Virus record (IMG/VR): IMGVR_UViG_2840842423_000001 | Coordinates: 1 to 64,000 of that record | Direction: 5' to 3' (one strand) | DNA: 64,000 bases | Source of the DNA: a virus | Taxonomy: Duplodnaviria; Caudoviricetes | Shown here: positions 61,763 through 64,000 of the stretch, one piece after another | How the letters are laid out: every line of letters begins with the position of its first letter | Numbering within the stretch: the first letter of the stretch is position 1 | Made by a program: the position numbers and the translations under genes | The notes under the pieces: model-generated | What the model was told of the DNA's origin: nothing | Database searches by the model: none | What the model saw: the letters and a program-made list of their open reading frames with translations, nothing else

Positions 61763-62119
61763 ATGACAATCACTAAACAAATTAACAACAAATCAAAAGG
61801 AATTTACTCAAGCAATTATGAGTGGGCAAAAGATGTTAAACAGGAAGATGCTTTAAACTGTTTTAACAGGCTTTCTCGTTCAACCTTACAATTAATGACT
61901 TACAATAACATTGACGCTTCAATCGCTTCATATCATGATTTGGAATCACTTGCTAAAGTTTACAATAGTCACTTATCAGATAATAAAGCTTTCTACTATG
62001 GTAATAATAAAGTAGTAAACTACTTAAACGATTTACAATCACAAGTTATAGATATTGTTGCATACACAGACAAACAACAATATGAAATATTTCTATCTAA
62101 CAAATCTAAGAATAACTAA
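61763..62119 (+). CDS. Hypothetical early protein
   Basis: AAGGAG RBS. Confidence 0.75.
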   Translation: MTITKQINNKSKGIYSSNYEWAKDVKQEDALNCFNRLSRSTLQLMTYNNIDASIASYHDLESLAKVYNSHLSDNKAFYYGNNKVVNYLNDLQSQVIDIVAYTDKQQYEIFLSNKSKNN

Positions 62120-62265
62120 TAAATACCATATTAATAATATTATTTTATGCTAGTTAGAAACAATCTATTTACACTCTAGTTTGTTTCTAACAATGGATAG
62201 CATAATATTATCCAAAGTGCTGGAATTGACCAATTTAAAATTTTAACTAAAAGGAGATATTAAAA

Positions 62266-62877
62266 ATGTTAAACACAAATAAAAAATATGCAATTGTAAT
62301 GTTTGAAAACAATGCAGAAGAAAAAGAATACATCTACTATGGAAGAACTGAAAATGTAAATCATATATTAATCAAATCAGATGCGAGTATAATTAATATT
62401 GTAGAAGTGAAATATTTTAACAACACTGATGAAATGGATCTGATTTTAGAAACTGTCAGAAATGACTTTACAAACGATGAAATTTTAGAAGATGTATCTT
62501 TTTACAACAGTGATTATTTTATAGAGAAAAATAATATCCATACAGAAAAAATGATTACACTATACGACTATAACAAAAATATTTACACTCTACTTAGAAA
62601 ATGGTTTCATGCTAAAAATGAGGTAAAAAGCAATTTAAATAAAGATAGTAAAGGCTATTACATTATAGAAAAAGGATTGAACTTATTCAATCCTAACAAA
62701 TTATACCTAACAGAAAAAGACGCTAAACAGTATCATAAAAAGGAATATTTAAATATAAAATTGAATGAATTAAAGAAGAACAAAAGCAATTGGATAATAA
62801 AAGAAACAATCACAGAAAAAGAATTTGCTAATAGATGTAATTTTTTAGATAGAATGAATAATGTAAAAATGATATAA
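62266..62877 (+). CDS. Hypothetical early protein
   Basis: AAGGAG RBS; 203 aa. Confidence 0.75.
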   Translation: MLNTNKKYAIVMFENNAEEKEYIYYGRTENVNHILIKSDASIINIVEVKYFNNTDEMDLILETVRNDFTNDEILEDVSFYNSDYFIEKNNIHTEKMITLYDYNKNIYTLLRKWFHAKNEVKSNLNKDSKGYYIIEKGLNLFNPNKLYLTEKDAKQYHKKEYLNIKLNELKKNKSNWIIKETITEKEFANRCNFLDRMNNVKMI

Positions 62878-62911
62878 AATAATTCTAAAATATGAAAAGA
62901 GGTACTACAAA

Positions 62912-63127
62912 ATGAATCCAATTTCATTATTAAAAACCATTGAAACTATGTCACATGAGGAAGTTTTCAACTATGCATTTTACCACCTAAACGGTACACA
63001 AATAAGAAACATTATAAATTATTATGACAATGAATTTTCCACCTTCTTACAATATGATGAAAATTTACAATCATTAAATGATAACATAAAAGATAAGATG
63101 CAAATTTTCAGAGATAGACTATATTAA
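62912..63127 (+). CDS. Hypothetical early protein
   Basis: GAGGT RBS. Confidence 0.7.
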   Translation: MNPISLLKTIETMSHEEVFNYAFYHLNGTQIRNIINYYDNEFSTFLQYDENLQSLNDNIKDKMQIFRDRLY

Positions 63128-63323
63128 AAGCTTATATCTAAAAAACGAATCATTTTAAGCTATCCTACACGCTTTAAAATATGATTATAACCTATAAATC
63201 ACGTATCACTCAAAAGCAGCATATTACGCTTTAAAATGATTTATAGGTTATTGTGATACTTTCAAGCATATAACCATACACAATAACTATATAATATTAT
63301 ATTAATAAATTTCAATATTCTTA

Positions 63324-63352
63324 TTGACATTATCCCATAATAGGTATATAAT
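63324..63352 (+). promoter_or_regulatory. Perfect-consensus sigma-A promoter
   Basis: TTGACA-17 nt-TATAAT. Confidence 0.85.
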
Positions 63353-63435
63353 ATTATATATCAAGTCAAACAGTATCAGATCAATCACAAATACATAAAC
63401 ACACATTTTTATAAAATATCACTGGAGGTTATCAC

Positions 63436-63912
63436 ATGAATATTAAATTTTTCAATCAATCAGTATCAACTATAAAGGAACTAAAACAAGCTTACCGCAA
63501 ACTTGCTAAACAATTCCATCCAGACTTAAACGAACACGACACAACCGAACAAATGAAACAAATCAATAAAGAATACGAATATCTATTTGCCACAGTAGAA
63601 ACTACAAAGGATAACAAAGAAGGGCACACAGTCAATGATAACTACAGATCAATCATAAACCAATTACTCAAACATGAGGGTATTACAATCAATCTAATAG
63701 GCACATGGATATGGTTAGAAGGAAACACATACCCAATTAAAGATGAAATTAAAAAGCTAGGTTTCAGGTTTCAAAGATCATCAAAAAAATGGTACTTAGG
63801 AGAATTTGACACTAAAAAGAAAAAAGGCAAATTATCATGGAATCAGAAAATAGAAAAATATGGGCAGGAACAATTACATTCTAAAGGTAATAAGCCTTTC
63901 CAATTGACTTAA
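63436..63912 (+). CDS. J-domain (DnaJ-like) protein
   Basis: ELKQAYRKLAKQFHPD...MKQINKEYE; C-terminal GNTYPIKDEIKKLGFRF...KKWY domain. Confidence 0.85.
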   Translation: MNIKFFNQSVSTIKELKQAYRKLAKQFHPDLNEHDTTEQMKQINKEYEYLFATVETTKDNKEGHTVNDNYRSIINQLLKHEGITINLIGTWIWLEGNTYPIKDEIKKLGFRFQRSSKKWYLGEFDTKKKKGKLSWNQKIEKYGQEQLHSKGNKPFQLT

Positions 63913-64000
63913 TAAAGTGAGATTTTTCTCACTTTAAAGGTTGCAAACTAAAACAACAAATTGCAGCTTTTAAAGTTAGAAAAATACAATTACAAAAAGG

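Larger units (their letters stand above)
1..64000. mobile_element. SPbeta-like temperate phage/prophage segment (extends beyond the window)
   Basis: Complete lysis-tail-head-terminase cluster plus YonO-type RNAP, HU and YonK/YonJ-like genes in SPbeta-like order; no host core genes or att site seen. Confidence 0.9.

Noticed and set aside
1-64000. Prophage att sites, arbitrium genes or host genes
   Set aside because: None recognisable in this window; the boundaries lie outside it

Overview
The whole window reads as part of a large SPbeta-like (YonO-encoding) temperate siphophage or prophage of a low-GC Firmicute; no host housekeeping genes were recognised. The minus strand (1-51.1 kb) carries a late cluster in SPbeta-like order: lysis genes, tail fibres, Tal, Dit, tape measure with SLT and M23 domains, a tyrosine recombinase, tail and head genes, portal, terminase, ClpP, a GIY-YIG endonuclease, a phosphoesterase, PhoH, HU and a YonO-type RNA polymerase. 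The plus strand (51.6-64 kb) carries three tandem helicases, then an abrupt strand-composition switch near 59.07 kb and a run of short genes behind consensus sigma-A promoters. Main observations: (1) six ORF-less group I introns, four in the tape measure gene and two in the terminase ATPase motifs, mapped by hand with P1 helices and omega-G; (2) a coiled-coil protein gene followed by a ~345-nt structured RNA candidate with AAGYUY repeats and a tRNA-like minihelix; (3) a tail-fibre C-terminal cassette flanked by degenerate direct repeats beside a truncated recombinase; (4) a dispersed operator-like motif; (5) boxA-like elements and conserved leaders in the putative early region. All family assignments come from motif recognition and synteny, not from database searches.
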